DNA of 64,000 bases. It comes from Paraspadella gotoi (taxonomy: Eukaryota; Animalia; Chaetognatha). The notes beneath the pieces were generated by a model. The model had not been told where the DNA came from, made no database searches, and saw only the letters and a list, made by a program, of their open reading frames with translations. The DNA lies in the NCBI GenBank assembly GCA_051294375.1, contig CM119266.1, forward strand, positions 16,548,087 through 16,612,086, read 5' to 3'. The translations under genes and the position numbers were made by a program. Shown here one piece after another: positions 43,690 to 57,868 of this stretch (within the stretch, counting starts at the first letter, position 1; the number at the start of each line of letters is the position of its first letter).

Positions 43690-46280
43690 CTCCTCTCTCT
43701 CTCTCTCTCTCTCTCTTTATCAACTCGTATTTACTTCCTATCCTGTCTCTCAAGCCTCACTGCTCTCTTCTTTTCTTCTACTCCTCTCCTCGTCTGCGTC
43801 TCCTCTCTCTCCTTCTCATGTCACATATTACTCTCTCTCATCCTGCTCTCTCTCGTAACACGAAGCAAGGAGAGACGCACAATGTGAAAGGTGGAAAGAG
43901 TACGTTCGCGGACGATGCCAATCGGAGCATACATATAATACTCATTGCGAGCGACGTGGCAATGGATGCGAGGCCAATGTACTGCGCTGGTATACAAGTC
44001 GTATCTTCCTGATCTCATCATTCCTAGGAACAGGAAAGTCTAATATAAACAAGAGAGTTCGGCTACTCGGTCGTTCGGGAGGAATCGCAAGTGGTTTAAC
44101 CTCATTCAAGCTTGCGTGCTGCGCAGCGGAGTATCAAGTGTTTTCTTCTCTCTCGAGGAGATCAGAATGGTAATCGTGCAATCGATAAGCGTTTATAGAA
44201 AAGTAGTACGGTGAGGTCCGGGCATGCGCAGTGCGTCCTGACAGCTTGCTTGCTTCCCTGACTGACAGACGTTGTGGTAATTCTGTCCTCTTGATAATTT
44301 CGTGTTTTATATTGTTTATTGTCTTTCCTGTATTTTGGCCCCTCTCGTAACTTTGGAAGCACGAGATCAAGAGCTCTGCACGTCAGCTGTAGGGGGTATG
44401 CCTTTGGCTACGAAGGAGTCATGACTTGTAATAGTCTTCTAAACAAGAAATGGGTTTTACATCTCCTAGAATTTCCTTTTTCTGCTATCTCTCTGTTCAC
44501 TCTCATCTCACATGCTACTTGCGGGTCTCATCCATCATTTTATATATAGTGTGCTAAGTTCTATGTTCTTATTTCTAGTCTTCTCGATGTTCTCTTCTAA
44601 TTTTCTTATTCTTCCTTCCGTTTCTTCTTTTCCCCTGATCCTAAGTTAGTTACGTAGGTCATGATCACAAACGAAATACCGAGCGTTATTAATTCAAAAC
44701 TAGTATTCTATTAGTTAGCTTTCCCCCGCAAAATCCGATAAAGAACTATGAAGAGCATAGAACGCGAGACTAAACGAAAAAACAACCCACTCTTATAAGA
44801 AGGAACGAGGAGGTAGACCGGACATAAACGAGCCGAACTAAAAAAACAAAAAAAGGAAAAATCTTTCACCTCACCTCCGGCTTTGTACTAATACTAATCC
44901 GACAACTAGTATACGATAACCGAAGCGTACATAAGCGGAAGTCCGAGACAGTTACAATATGTACCTTGAGTAAGTTTCCAACTTTATAGACACCAGACCA
45001 GCAATATCATGGAGAGCGAGATTCCTGCGCGGGCTCAGCTCGTATCAGAGAGTGACTCAGAGCATATTTTTAAAATAGCAACTAAACTGCAATGCAGCGA
45101 GACAAAGGTCAGGAAACTTCGAGATCATTAATAATGCAAAAAAAAGAAAGAGAGGCAAAGATGACGGAGCGAGAGAGAAGAAAATACTCTCGTAAACTGG
45201 ACCATGCCACGTCGACATCGAAAAACGCTAAAGAGATTTAAACTCAAGAATAAACTGAAGAGACTAATTGTCTATTGAAGAGAGGAGAAAAAAACTAAAA
45301 GGTACAAAGGAGGATATATGCCCGCGAGGTCTCCAGTATAAGAAAGATTGCAAAGGACGCAAAGATGAACAAAGAGAAGTAATCAGAGCAGTATTCACAC
45401 AGGTTAATGAGGCAGCGACCAGCATAAAAAAGGACGAAGTATAATAATTATAAATAAAATACTCATCTTTTAGAAGACGGGTATTTTTGAGTCTCCTCAG
45501 TACTAATTCACTCAAGAGTTAGAAACAAAAATAAAAAAAAAAACATAAAAAACACAAGAAAAAAAAAAGAAAAAAAAGGAAAATCAAAATATTAAACAAT
45601 ATAATCTCATTTATCAATACACACACATCAAATCGCCAAAGCCGTCGCGTTGTCTAAAAAAGCTTAAAAGTGGATCGAAAGGAGCAGCGCGAAACGTTAA
45701 CCAAGCAAGCCTCGAAAAAATATTCTGTCGGTAGCTACGACATTGTTCTTTTGTCGAGGATATTCTCTGATTATTATACTTGTTTCTAATTCGTTCTTTT
45801 GCGACGCGGTCATTTCGCGTCGGTAGGCGCAATTACATGCCGATGTAAGACCAACCAGTCCTTCCATCATCTTTTTCTGTTCACGCCGTTCCATCTCTCC
45901 CTCAGCGACGCTTCAGCGAGCACAGCCGGGCAGTCAACATTTGTCCGTCCGAGAGAAAACCAGCCCCACAACCTCAATTTCTTATGTATCCAACGCGACC
46001 CGCGTTGGCGCGCCGCACGTTATGCGCCTTGGCGCCGGCCGCCGCGATCGACTCGTAGCGCAGCGTCCCAGCGACTGGTCGACTCAGCATCCTCACTTCT
46101 CCCCTACCGCCCTGTCCTTTCTTTCGCTAATCGCTAAGCATCTGATCTAGTTAGCGACACACACCCCGCCCCGCCGACTTGTTCACTCACCACTCACCGC
46201 CCGACCAGCGCTCTCTCCCCGCGCCCCCACCAAATACTACCCCCACTTCCGCACCACAGAGCCGCTTCTTTTCTTTTGCT
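43690..46280 (+). repeat. Indel-rich degraded copy overlapping ~42200-43200
   Basis: For example tacgtaggtcatgatcacaaacgaaa (~44651) vs tacgtaggtcatgataacaaacgaaa (~42387), and ccatctctccctcagcgac (~45891 vs ~43137). Ends at N-gap 46281-46305. Confidence 0.7.
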
Positions 46281-49200
46281 NNNNNNNNNNNNNNNNNNNN
46301 NNNNNCTTCTTTTCTTTTTGCTTTAATGATAACTAATTCAACAAAACAAAAAGTCATCGTTGAATATTTTAGTTGATGCGAGGAACCATCATTATCATAC
46401 GGGGGCCGCTAGACGATTACATACGGGGATTACTAGGGGAACGATTCAATCGGGAAACACTCCGTCTCTTTTAAGGAGAGGGAAAGAAGGGCTAAATAGA
46501 GAGGAATATGGAAAAGAGTACGGAAAGAAAAAAGAGCGAGAGATAAGATAATAATTTTGATCGTCGAAAAAAAGGAAGGAAAGAAAGAGGAGAGAAAAGA
46601 TCAATGAGCAAGAGAAATATTATTATGGTTAAACTTTAGGACAGTTTGTAGAAAGTATAAAATCAAACAAAAAATAAATTTAAAACGAACATGCGCACAT
46701 TTGAGACGAAAGAAGTCGCAGTCGATCGTTGACAGTGATGTTTTATGATTTTCTTTTTTTTCACTTTTTAATTATTTGTTTTACTTTGTTTCTATTTATT
46801 TTGCTTTTTTTTCTTTTTTCTTTTTCCTTTTTCTCTTAATTCCGCGCGATTTTCTCTCCTCCGCGCAAAAGAGAGTGGCAACGAGATTGCAGAAATCAAA
46901 CTTTCCGGAAATTTTTAGGAAAAAAAGGGGAAAAATGAAAAAGAAGAAAGCCTTTCCTTCTTTGTCTGCCTTTGCTAAGGAAAATTGAATCCTTCCAAAG
47001 AGAACGGCAACAAAGCGTAATAACGAAAGAGGAAGACGGGATGCAGAGGGAGGGAGACAAAAAAAATAAGAAGAAAAAAGAGAGAAGAAAGTTTGAGAGA
47101 AAAAGGAAAAAGAAATATTAAGGTAATGAAAAAAATATCTGCATGAGGCTCAGTAAGTCAAGCGAAATGTACAGTTATGGAACTCGGAGATAGTTAAGCG
47201 GGCCAGTCACGGTTGAAGGGCATACAAGACAAAAAAGTAGTAAGATACATCATATATTATATTGGTTGTACCAATTTTATAATAGTATATTCAAAAGAGC
47301 AAAAAAAAAAAAAAAAAAACCCCTCTCGCGTAATAAGTCGCATTGACAAGCGATAAAGAGAAAAGATCGAGATTCAGCTCCTCGGCCTGTAGGTCGCGGG
47401 TAATAAAGACAACGCGTATCGGAAGGTGGGTCTCTCGAATGTATGTACGTATCTGGAACGGGGGTGGGTTGGATCGAAGTCAGAAAAGTTATTTAGGGTA
47501 AGTTCTATGCCGGATATGAAAGCGCGACGATGACACGAAAGCGTACGGGGAGAAAAGAGAACAGAAATCAAAGAAAGTAAGTAATCATGACAAAAATAGA
47601 AGAAAAAGAAAAAAAAAAGGATAAAATAGAAAGAAAGAAAGAAAGAAAGAAAGAAATAGAACGTCCCCATCCCAAACAGATAAATAATATTATATTTAAA
47701 TATTTAACACAAAAATTATTTTAACAAATAAACAAACAAACAAACAAACAAACAAACCAAAGTACAAACAAACAAACAATACAAAGTAAATAATTAAATA
47801 AATTAATAAAATTATAAAAAAAGAAAGAAAGCATAAAGATCTAATAATGAAAGAAAAGAATAAGATTTGTTAAGAGAAAGAAAGAAAGAAAGAAAGAATG
47901 AAAGAAATTCTAAAAAAGGAAGAAAGAAAGACGAAAATAAGGAGAGAGTGAAAAAGGAATGGGAGGGAAATTTTTCAAAGCGAATGAAATCGTGAGAAAA
48001 ATTTGCATGAGATCCTTAGGATGGTTACGTCGCGTTGGGTGAAGCACGAACGCTTTTCAAACATTTCCGCCAATTTCGTTACAGAATATTTTTCCGCTTT
48101 AAAAAATTCGCGACAATGTCCGTGAGAAGATATTTTCGAATTCATGCTTTTTTTTTTACACTCATCTCTATCTGCTTCGTCACAAGTAGGATTAAGTTTA
48201 GTATCTAATCCACGCTGTTTTCCCCCTAATAATCATCATAATCATTTTACGCAAGACTGACGTTTTGAAGAGTATTCATTATTTTAGCTTCTCCATATCG
48301 ACAAAGGTAAAATGGATTGTAAAAATTGAAATCGCAGAGAGAGACAAAGGATTTCGTGAATACACATAAGAAAAGAGACAGAAAAGAATAATTTTTAAAA
48401 AAAATTTTTGAATAAAGAATAAAGAATAAAGATAAAGATTTAGTTTGAAAAACATTCGGATGTACAAAAGAAACTTGAAATATAGAAGGAGACCGAATTC
48501 GAAAATAGCAAAAAGGGGAAACGATAACTAACCAAAGCTGAACCGATCTAAAGAAAGTTATAAATAGCTGAACTGAATAAAACTAAAATTAAAGGGCGGA
48601 GAGATTAAACATCTCGGATCTTCTTAAAAATTCATTTTTAAATTTTTTTTTTTCTTATCGCCTTTTCGCAGAGGTTAAATAAATTCATGGACTTTGAAAA
48701 TCTCGCGTCTCATATCCATAAACAGGAAGGCGGAGTGATCGTTAGCGAAAAACACGAGAGACGCTGAAAATTAATTTATTCTTCACTTTGGCGGATCAGA
48801 AAAACCTTTTCAGTTTTAGCGAGCGGCGCTTTTAAAGACTTTCCCTATTTCACGCTGCCTTCTTTTTGAGATCGAAAACGTCGTCTGATTCTGTCCTAAA
48901 GAGGAATGCAGTCCTGAGAAGGTATTTTTACACAAAATTTAAAAAAATATATCATTTATTAGTAATGAGCGTCAAAACTTTATATGACCATGTCTTGACT
49001 AAACGAAAACGAAGAAGATTATTTTCTGGGAAGGAAAAGAACGGTCCCCTCCAGGGTATGTCGCGCCACGCAACGTTCGTCGTCAGTCCGAATGGCATTC
49101 CCACTGGCATTCCATTCATTTCAACTGCCATCCGCGAGTGCCGAGTGGCATCGGGATTGAAACCCGAAGGCGCTAATGAGGAGAGAAAACCGACGACAGA

Positions 49201-51528
49201 AAGATGAATAAGAAAAAGAAAGAAAGAAAAAAGAAAGAGAGAAAATGAAAGTCGGGAAGCGGAAAGAAATAAAAAGTGGTCGAATTGAAAGATCAAATAT
49301 TGGAACGGAGATTTTTTATCTTTGATAAAAACCAATCTCGGGAGGCGGGATATTGGGAAAGGGGGAGGAAAGGGAGGAGGGGCGTCGAACGATTATACGA
49401 GGGATGTTGATTCTGCTTTGTTGAATGTTGGGGACTATGGGAACTAAAGTTTAGAGGGACATATGGGATCAAACTGTAGATTGCAGAGAAATGAAAACCA
49501 TGAAGAATAGCGAGACAGAGCGGAGGAAAAAGATTAGAGCAGAATTAAAAAGAACGGAGTAGAATGAAGCAGAACGGATTAGATTGGAGCATAATAGCGC
49601 AGAAATGGAAAAAAAAAACCCGTGGGAGTAGAGAAACTGGAAAAAAAAAGGTATGTAGGCGGTTGCAAATCAGTTGCTGATTATCCTCGTTACAAATCTA
49701 CGACCACAACGTTTGTCAGATGAAATCCAGATAGAATCCAGATGGAATCCAAATGGAATTTGGAGAGAATTCAGATGGAAAGCAATTGATTCCGGACACA
49801 GAATGGCGACGATAAAGGTCAACGCTCGCCGAGGTGGAAGGAGCTCTTCACTTCAGGGAGTCGAGATCCGACCCCAAAGTGTCATCGTGGCTTTTATGGA
49901 ATTCGATGAATACTTTGATTTATGAAATATATTTTCATATATATATGTACTAAGTCGGTAAAAATATGAAAATGCGGAAAATAAGTCTGATTTAGATGAG
50001 CGCAGAGAGAATTTGTTCTGCCAGTTGGTAATAACTAATAAGAAACGTGAGAAAAAAGGGAGTCACGTGACTTAAACCTTTTCATAACCGGTCGAGACAA
50101 ATCGCTATCGATTAGAATTTAAATGCCACCAAGCGGCCTTCTTAGTCTTCATATGTATCATATTTTCATGAGATTTCATGCATTAATGATTAAAGGAGTG
50201 GGAGGGGCAAGTTACACAATTCGCCGTTTCCAGAAAATCATGAATGTTTTTTTCATTTCCTAGAATATTTGTTTTCTCTCTATTTTCCCCCGAGCGACGC
50301 GACGCCTGTATCCTCGTATTCTTTCCATAAATTAAAGTAAGGAGGGTTGAAGATACGAGAATAAAAGATAACGTTGGAACATGTAAAAGGGGGCTCTTGC
50401 ACGAGTCGGAGACGGTGGCTACGGGCGTGTCGCTGGATGCGGCAATTTGGCCGAAGTGAAGGAGGAGGAGCCCGATAATGACTAAGAAAATAAGAATGAG
50501 CCGAAGGAGGAGAAAAAATGGAGAAAAAAAAACATGGGAAATAGAAGGGAGGGAGGAATGACCGAAAAAAAAGGGGAAATTCGAAGACACGAAAATGGGA
50601 GGACAGGAAATTAAGGAAGACGACGACAAGCGGGATATGACGACGAAGAAGACGACGAGAACGACGATAATCAAAATAAAAAGAAAATTGATAAGATAAT
50701 AAATATTAAGTGGTGGAGAAACTTACGATCGGTTGGCCAGAAATGCGAAAAAAAAAATTTCATACGTTAAATAAATAATGAGTGTAAAAATATTGTGAAA
50801 GAAAAAGAGTGAAAAATATTGGGAAAATAACCATTCCTGTAATTAAAAAAAAAACTTTTCATTCCAATAAAAAAATCACTTTTAATTAACAGTTGTTATC
50901 TATTAACGCATTTAGATGCAATAAAGTGATTCGTCGGCCATCGACTTCCTCGCAAAGTGGATTCGGAGTCAACGAAACCTTTTTCCAAGATGGCGACCGA
51001 ATCAGAATTTTTTTTTTTTTTGCGAATAACTAATCAGAAATGATTCCGAAATAACCGAATACTGAATAGACTAAACTATATGGCGCAGAAAATATGTATA
51101 TAAAAAAGAAAAAGGGATTGAATAAGAGGCCTGATTCTAAAAGATGAAAAAATTCAGGGGCTGTCTCGAGATTGAGGACGGGAGGTCAAAAATTACTCCT
51201 GGGAACAAAGAATACGAAGGAAAAACCGGAAAATTCTTCAACTTGAAAATAAGAAGGAAAAAAAAAAAGAAGAGTTGTCTCTTCTGTTGTTACCGTCGCT
51301 GGAATCGAAACGACCGCGTTTTTCTCCACATAAATTTTTTCTCTCCTTATTCATCATTTCTCAGTCGAGAGTCCATCACTTTCTCATATCCATCACATAA
51401 CTTTTCTTCTTTTTCCCCTCCAGCCTTCTCTCCATGCCTTAATCACCCGCGACCCAGTCTTCCTTTCCCGGGACTCCACCCTAGTGATTTTCGAATTCAG
51501 CGAAGATAGTGATATCGTTTCCAAGGGT

Positions 51529-51580
<52 letters not shown>

Positions 51581-51661
51581 CATCGCCATGACGAAAGAGT
51601 TGACATAACTCATCCATATCTAATCCAAGAAACTGAAACAGCATGGAGAGAGAAAAGAGAC

Positions 51662-51706
<45 letters not shown>

Positions 51707-52089
51707 CTGGAGATGGAGATGTTTTATGTTTTCGTGACAGACCGTTCGGGCGTCCTCGGGTCGAGAGAGGGTGAGGGGAGAGGAGGAGAGACGGGCAGGA
51801 TTCGGGTTTTGGCGAAAACCAGGGAGAACGGAAATCAACCCACGGTTGAGAACAAAATGGGGTAAAGGAAAGGAGGATGGCTGGAGGTGGAGGAAGAAGG
51901 AAAAAAAGAAAGACTGACAAGAAGAGAAAACTGGGCAATGAGTGGAGGGAAAGAGAAGAAAAAAAAAAAAGAAAAAAAAAGAGAATTAGAGGAGGAGAAA
52001 TGAAGATCGCACTGGAAATCGTTGGAAATGAGGAAATTTGATTCCATGAATTGTCAGAAGTTGTAGGAAAAAGAGGAAAAACATCAACG

Positions 52090-52307
52090 AAAGAAAGAAG
52101 GAAGAAGGAAGAAAAAGAAAGAAAAAAGGAAAGAAAGAAGGAAGAAAGAAGAAAGAAAGAAGAAAGAAAGAATAGAAAAGAAAGAAAGAAAGAAAGAAAG
52201 AAAGAAAAAGAAAGAAAGAAAGAAGGAAAGAAAGAAAGAAAGAAGGAAAGAAAGAAGGAAAGAAGGAAAGAATGAACAAAAGAAAGAACAAACAAAAGAA
52301 GGAATAA

Positions 52308-52339
<32 letters not shown>

Positions 52340-52360
52340 AGGAAAGAAGGAAAGAAAGAA
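52090..52360. repeat. (GAAA/GAAG)n purine-rich tract
   Basis: Directly visible; explains the spurious 364-aa Phe/Leu/Ser ORF. Confidence 0.9.
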
Positions 52361-52645
52361 ACTTTAAATCAATAGAAAATAAAAATAATCCGATAATTTC
52401 ACACCCACGAATCATATTACCTTTGAATACTTTATTAGTTATGTAGAAAAGTAAATTTATTTTTCTTGAAATTTTTTTTTTTCGCAAGCGAAACGAAATC
52501 CATTCATCGAAATATGTAAAATTCGACCGTTAGGTGAAAGAAAACTCAAATTTTCGCTTGTCCGAAATAAATTATTGAAGTTCTAGAAATACAACCAAAG
52601 GTTAGTGAGTAAATTAATGAATGAATCTTTAAATTAAGTACTCAC

Positions 52646-52730
52646 GTAGAGGCCGCGGTCGCCGTTCCAAAGCGGAGATCCGGTGTAAACGCCTAGCGTC
52701 TCGAATTTTGAAACTCGGGAATACGAAGAG
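52646..52730 (-). other. Isolated candidate exon (coding or 5' UTR), gene assignment unknown
   Basis: tttctcag acceptor, TAC|GTGAGT donor, GC-rich island in AT-rich DNA, open in two frames. Another strong donor (CAG|GTGAGA) lies at ~54762. Confidence 0.4.
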
Positions 52731-55204
52731 CTGAGAAATAAAAAATAATAATATTTTTCAGAACTAACGTAATTTCGAGCTGAGATTTCCTTATAATTTA
52801 TTTGGTTTTCTTACTCCTCCTAATCTACTCTTCACCGTAAGAAATTCTATAACCTCGTATTCTTCTGAATTCTGTTCCAATTTCCATATATTATTTTTTT
52901 TTTGTCACTCACCGTTAATCCTATTTCACTCTCCGTCAAACGCTTTTCGCCTCCTTTGCTTTTATTTCACTCCGTTGCTCTTTTTTTTTTCCCTCTTCCG
53001 TCGCATTTTTAACTCTCCATTGCTCTTTTATTTCGCTTCCTTCTTTTCTTTTTTTTTTTTAGTTTTCCTCTATTTATTATTTTTTTAGTTCCGCTCGCTC
53101 CCTTTCAAAGCCTCGACTCTGACGTATGGCTTTAATGGCGCGGCGACGTTTTTTTCCGCCCACACGACCACAAACGCTCGTCCACGCTCTCGATAACCGG
53201 TCACCCCCAGTCCTCTTTTCCTCATACTTCTTTCAAGCTAAAAAACGCCCATCTCATCAACCACTTTTGTCCTAATCGCGGTCATACATAGTTATGAATA
53301 AACTTATTAATGAACGGGCATAGCGCGATACGAAAGTAAATTAAAAAAAAGGCTAAACGTTTATGGTTAACGAATTTGTAAAAAGTACAAAAAGAAATCG
53401 GGAACGAAACGCTCACACATTCATCCTTTTTATATCGTAATTCACGCCTCTATATTATCCAACGACGATTGAACGAATCCACAAAAATAAAACGGTAATT
53501 TTACGATTCCCGCATCCATATGTAAGGATCTTCCATTTATTATATTAATTTTATACCATCTCACTATTTATCTTTATTCAAAATTCTTATTCCGCCCCAT
53601 AATTTCAGCCGCACCACGAATGTAGCGGAAGTGGAGCGCGTCAAAGGAGGCGCTCGGGCGCTCAACTGCGGCGCCTAAACTCGCACGAGGGCGCGAACCC
53701 ACGCGCGCGTCGGGAGATGGCAAGAAGGAAAAAAAATGGAGAAAGAGCGATTAGTTTTTGTTTTTTTGTTTTGTTTTTAGCTGTTTGGAAACAAACCTGG
53801 AAAAACCGTTCCTGCTTCTCATTTTTTTTCTCTCCACGAATGGTTTTTCAGTTGTTAGGGAAGAACACATTTGGGTGCGAGGAAACCGTTTGCAAAGGAC
53901 GCGTAGAGAAATTCGAACGGGAAACAAATAGAAAAAGACTTCGAATTGTAATATGAAATTAGTTCTGGAAACACGTTGAAAATTAGGATTTCATTATCAT
54001 ATTGGTGTTCTTTGAACAAAGGTTGAAACAGTAGACCAGGAGAAATCTCAACGATATTCGATCTAAGGACTGAGGAAAGATGGACTTGGTTTACGAACGA
54101 ACACCAAGCGGAGGAACCATGACGATCAGAAAACGTCTCACGGATAAGAACACCAGAAGAGGATGACCGCGAACGTGGGTGACAACGACGACGACAACGA
54201 CGACGACAGCAAATCACTAACGACGTCGAAAAAAAACGAGAGACTTTTTGGAAGTGATTATCGTCACCTGAGGTTCAAAGGGAAAACCCATTAAAAACTC
54301 GGGCCACACGGTCCCCGAGGCTCGCTTTCACGCGAGTCACAACGAGTAAGGCTGGGATTCCCTTTCAGTTTCACGACTCATTTCCAACCTCTGATTTATT
54401 GGATCTGAGTTAACCCGATTTATTTCCTCAACCGCCAACCGTAATCGAAAGTTAAGCTCGAGAGCTTCACTTCATTTACTTATTCATTTATTTCGTAGTC
54501 AAACTAGTTTATTTTGTTAGCCAACTTTTCAGTGAATCAAGCTTACATATAAAACAAAATGTTCACCGTCGCCAATCAATTTTTACTAGTATATAGCCTA
54601 AATAATAATAAATTGCATATAGCTGTCTTATGACTTACATACTAACATATAGCCTCTACCAAATCGCGCCCGCCCTTTCCCTCGTGAAAATATATATTTT
54701 TTTCATATCTGGGAATATCTCACCACTCAACCCTACACAGTCCACACCCAACAACTTCTCACCTGCGGGACCTTTTGCTGAACGTGCTTCTCGCGGAGCC
54801 GGAAGTTGAGAAAGCCGTTTTTAAGCGGAGAACAGCTCACAGCTCAAAAGCTGTAAGCTGAAAAAGTAATCAAGGTGGGGAACTTTGTAAAAAACGGTTT
54901 TGTTTTTAAAGAATATCAAAAAAGTTTTTTATTCATTTATTTTCGCTTTTGATTATTGATTATTTATCTAATACACGAATGCGTAAAAACTAAAAAAAAA
55001 ACTCGTATCCAGGATTTTTTCGGGATTACGTGACAAGATTTCGAAACAACAATAACAGAAAACTTGAGTCTTTAGTAGAAACTAGAGAGGTGTTTGGCAA
55101 GTAGAGAGATCTTTTTCCATTCACGGGTATTTCACCGGCACTTGGCCGGTTTAAGACAAAGGAGCATCGGTGACCGCGGTTTAGTAACCCTTTGCCATCA
55201 GCCC

Positions 55205-55292
55205 ATTGTAATGCTCTATGCTCTATTGTAATGCTCTATTGTAATGCTCTATTGTAATGCTCTATTGTAATGCTCTATTGTAATGCTCTATG
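55205..55292 (+). repeat. 13-bp tandem repeat (attgtaatgctct), about 6 copies
   Basis: Directly visible head-to-tail units with no spacers. Confidence 0.9.
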
Positions 55293-55627
55293 CGAAAAAA
55301 AACGGGAGAAGAGGGAGAGGGGAACCGAGGAGATGGGTCCGAGTCTGGGTCTGGTCGTTGGGTCTGAGGTTTGAGTTTGAGTGCGGATGACAGTTATGCG
55401 ATACTTTCCCCATTGATTGTAAAAGTTAATGAACATTTAATTTTTTTTTTTTAAATAAAAGAAAAACAATTATAGACATACCTGTCATCACAGAAGCTGA
55501 AAGAATAGAGTAAAGAGCAAAAAAAATCACGGTTGTGACTTCGTTGCTATGTGTCCGAGGCTTTTTTTTTTAACGCGTTTCGCTCATTCGAGCTTCAGTT
55601 TCAAAGTGGATGTCGTTTCCGTTTTGA

Positions 55628-55663
<36 letters not shown>

Positions 55664-55911
55664 GTCAGCTCTTCTCCTCGAAAATTTGTTTGTCTTTTCG
55701 GTTTTCCGCTTCTGCTTCGTCTTTTCCAGCTCGTTTTTGCTTTTTTTTTTTTGCTTTCTCCCCGTTATTTTGACAAGCGTGGGACGAAGCAAAGTAGTCG
55801 TCCGCTAAAAATAAAAAGGGTTCAGCTTTCTTAGGAGCGTCGAGGGAGCAAAAAATCAAGGGATAAAAAAACGAGTATAAAAGGGGATAATAAATAAAAA
55901 AACGGTATTTT

Positions 55912-55954
<43 letters not shown>

Positions 55955-56474
55955 TTGTAAAATCCATCAACGTTAAAATGACAGATGCTTCCAAGAAGGT
56001 AGGTTATATCGTCATAAAGAAATAGAAAGAGCTATGGAAGAATAAAATTACGAGAAAAATATGAGGAATTTCGGGAGAAAAGGAGTGAGAATATAAGAGG
56101 ACGCCTTTCTTCTTAGAGCTTTTTTCGTAGACGATGAAAGATGTAAACGAAGGTTAACGAGGTCTCGGTTTTTAAGAGCAGCTGTATTTTTCGTAAAAAA
56201 AAAAAAAAAATTCGAAGCGCATTTTGATAAAAATTTAACACGCAAGTATTTATAAAGAAAAAAAGAAAACTTGAGAGTGGATGTACACTGAGTCTTCGCG
56301 CCCCCGGATTCTGAGGATCCCAAAACTCCGGATGTAAAAGGTCGACGAATGTCGAAGGTCGAAGTTCGGCGTCGATTTTGGTCTCGGGTCGGCGTCGATG
56401 GGATAGACAGGGAGAATAGGGATCCACAAAACCAGCGACAACAAGAGAAAAGAATTTCGATTCGATGAGAGACA

Positions 56475-56529
<55 letters not shown>

Positions 56530-56609
56530 GGAAAATGTCAAGGAAATGGAATGCCATCCAATCCGAGAATGGAGACACGGAGAAAGTTTCAAACCACATC
56601 CTTAGAGAG

Positions 56610-56697
<88 letters not shown>

Positions 56698-57248
56698 GCC
56701 GTTAAGTAGTCAGATCGTCGTCAAGCCATTGTCATGTCGTTGACTGGACATGCGATGCATCCCATCCTTTCTTTTATCATCTTCGTCGTCGTCTTCGTCG
56801 CCGTCGCTGTCGTTGTTGTTGTCATTAAAATTCGCGCCTTCGGTTCTTCGGTTTCGAAACGAGTTTTTGATGTTTCCTTCGTTTTCGTCTTTTCTCTTCG
56901 AATTCGGTTATCGATTTCAATTAATTTAATCTGTTTGCGGTAAAGATTAGAATTACTTTGGGCTAATTTAAATCCATGAACTAATAAACTATCTGCTTCA
57001 GAAGAGAAATTTTCTCATCTTCTCACAATATTTAATATTAATGAAAATACAGCGATAGATTTAACAATTTTTTTGGGGGGCCAATGGGTTTGTTTGTTTT
57101 CTAAAAGAACCTCCCATTTTACTGAATGAATCATCTCGGGGTTCGTGGAAGCAGCAACGTTGCAATCTTTTGCTTTTTGTCGCCGAGAGACGGAGGTGTC
57201 TCATGAGTTATGAGCTGGAGAAGAGAGAAGGAGAGGGTGAACGGGGAG

Positions 57249-57324
<76 letters not shown>

Positions 57325-57868
57325 AGAGAGAGAATGCAAGGTGACGATGACAGTGACGATGACACAAAACATAACGAGAGGGCGAAGAGTGAATCGCCTC
57401 AACGTAAAATTGACTTTTCGAAAATTTTTTCGGAAAGAAAAAAGAACAAAAGCTGCCAAAATTGTTTTGCCAAAACAAACCCGAGACAATTTGACGTTCG
57501 TCATTATTCTCGGAAATTCCGCGAAGAATGACGTACGTTACTTCAAGACCGCCAAGAGGAAAAATAAGTTTATTCCAGACTGTTTGGGCTTAAATCAGAA
57601 ATTATTCATCAAATCACATTTTGAATAGAACATTTTCAGAAAATAACTGTTAACACAGAATGCGTTTGTTGCTTCGACGAATCTTTCATTCTTTGATCCG
57701 AGTCGCGGGGTTCCGTCTACAGCGGGAGGACTCTTTCGTCAACGAGCTCTGGAATTTGTTTGGATCAACAATCCCGTTTTATTATCGGCGACGGGGTCTT
57801 CATCAGAACCGGGAACGAGGCCAGGACGTGAGATTCACTCTGTATTTTCTTTTCTTTACATCGAATTC

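Noticed and set aside
51393-52487. Longest ORF in the track (364 aa, Phe/Leu/Ser-rich, superficially membrane-like)
   Set aside because: It is the translation of (TTTC)n and (CT)n low-complexity tracts, which lack stops by composition.
55205-55292. Short repeat array as possible CRISPR
   Set aside because: Head-to-tail 13-mers without spacers, eukaryotic context, no cas genes.
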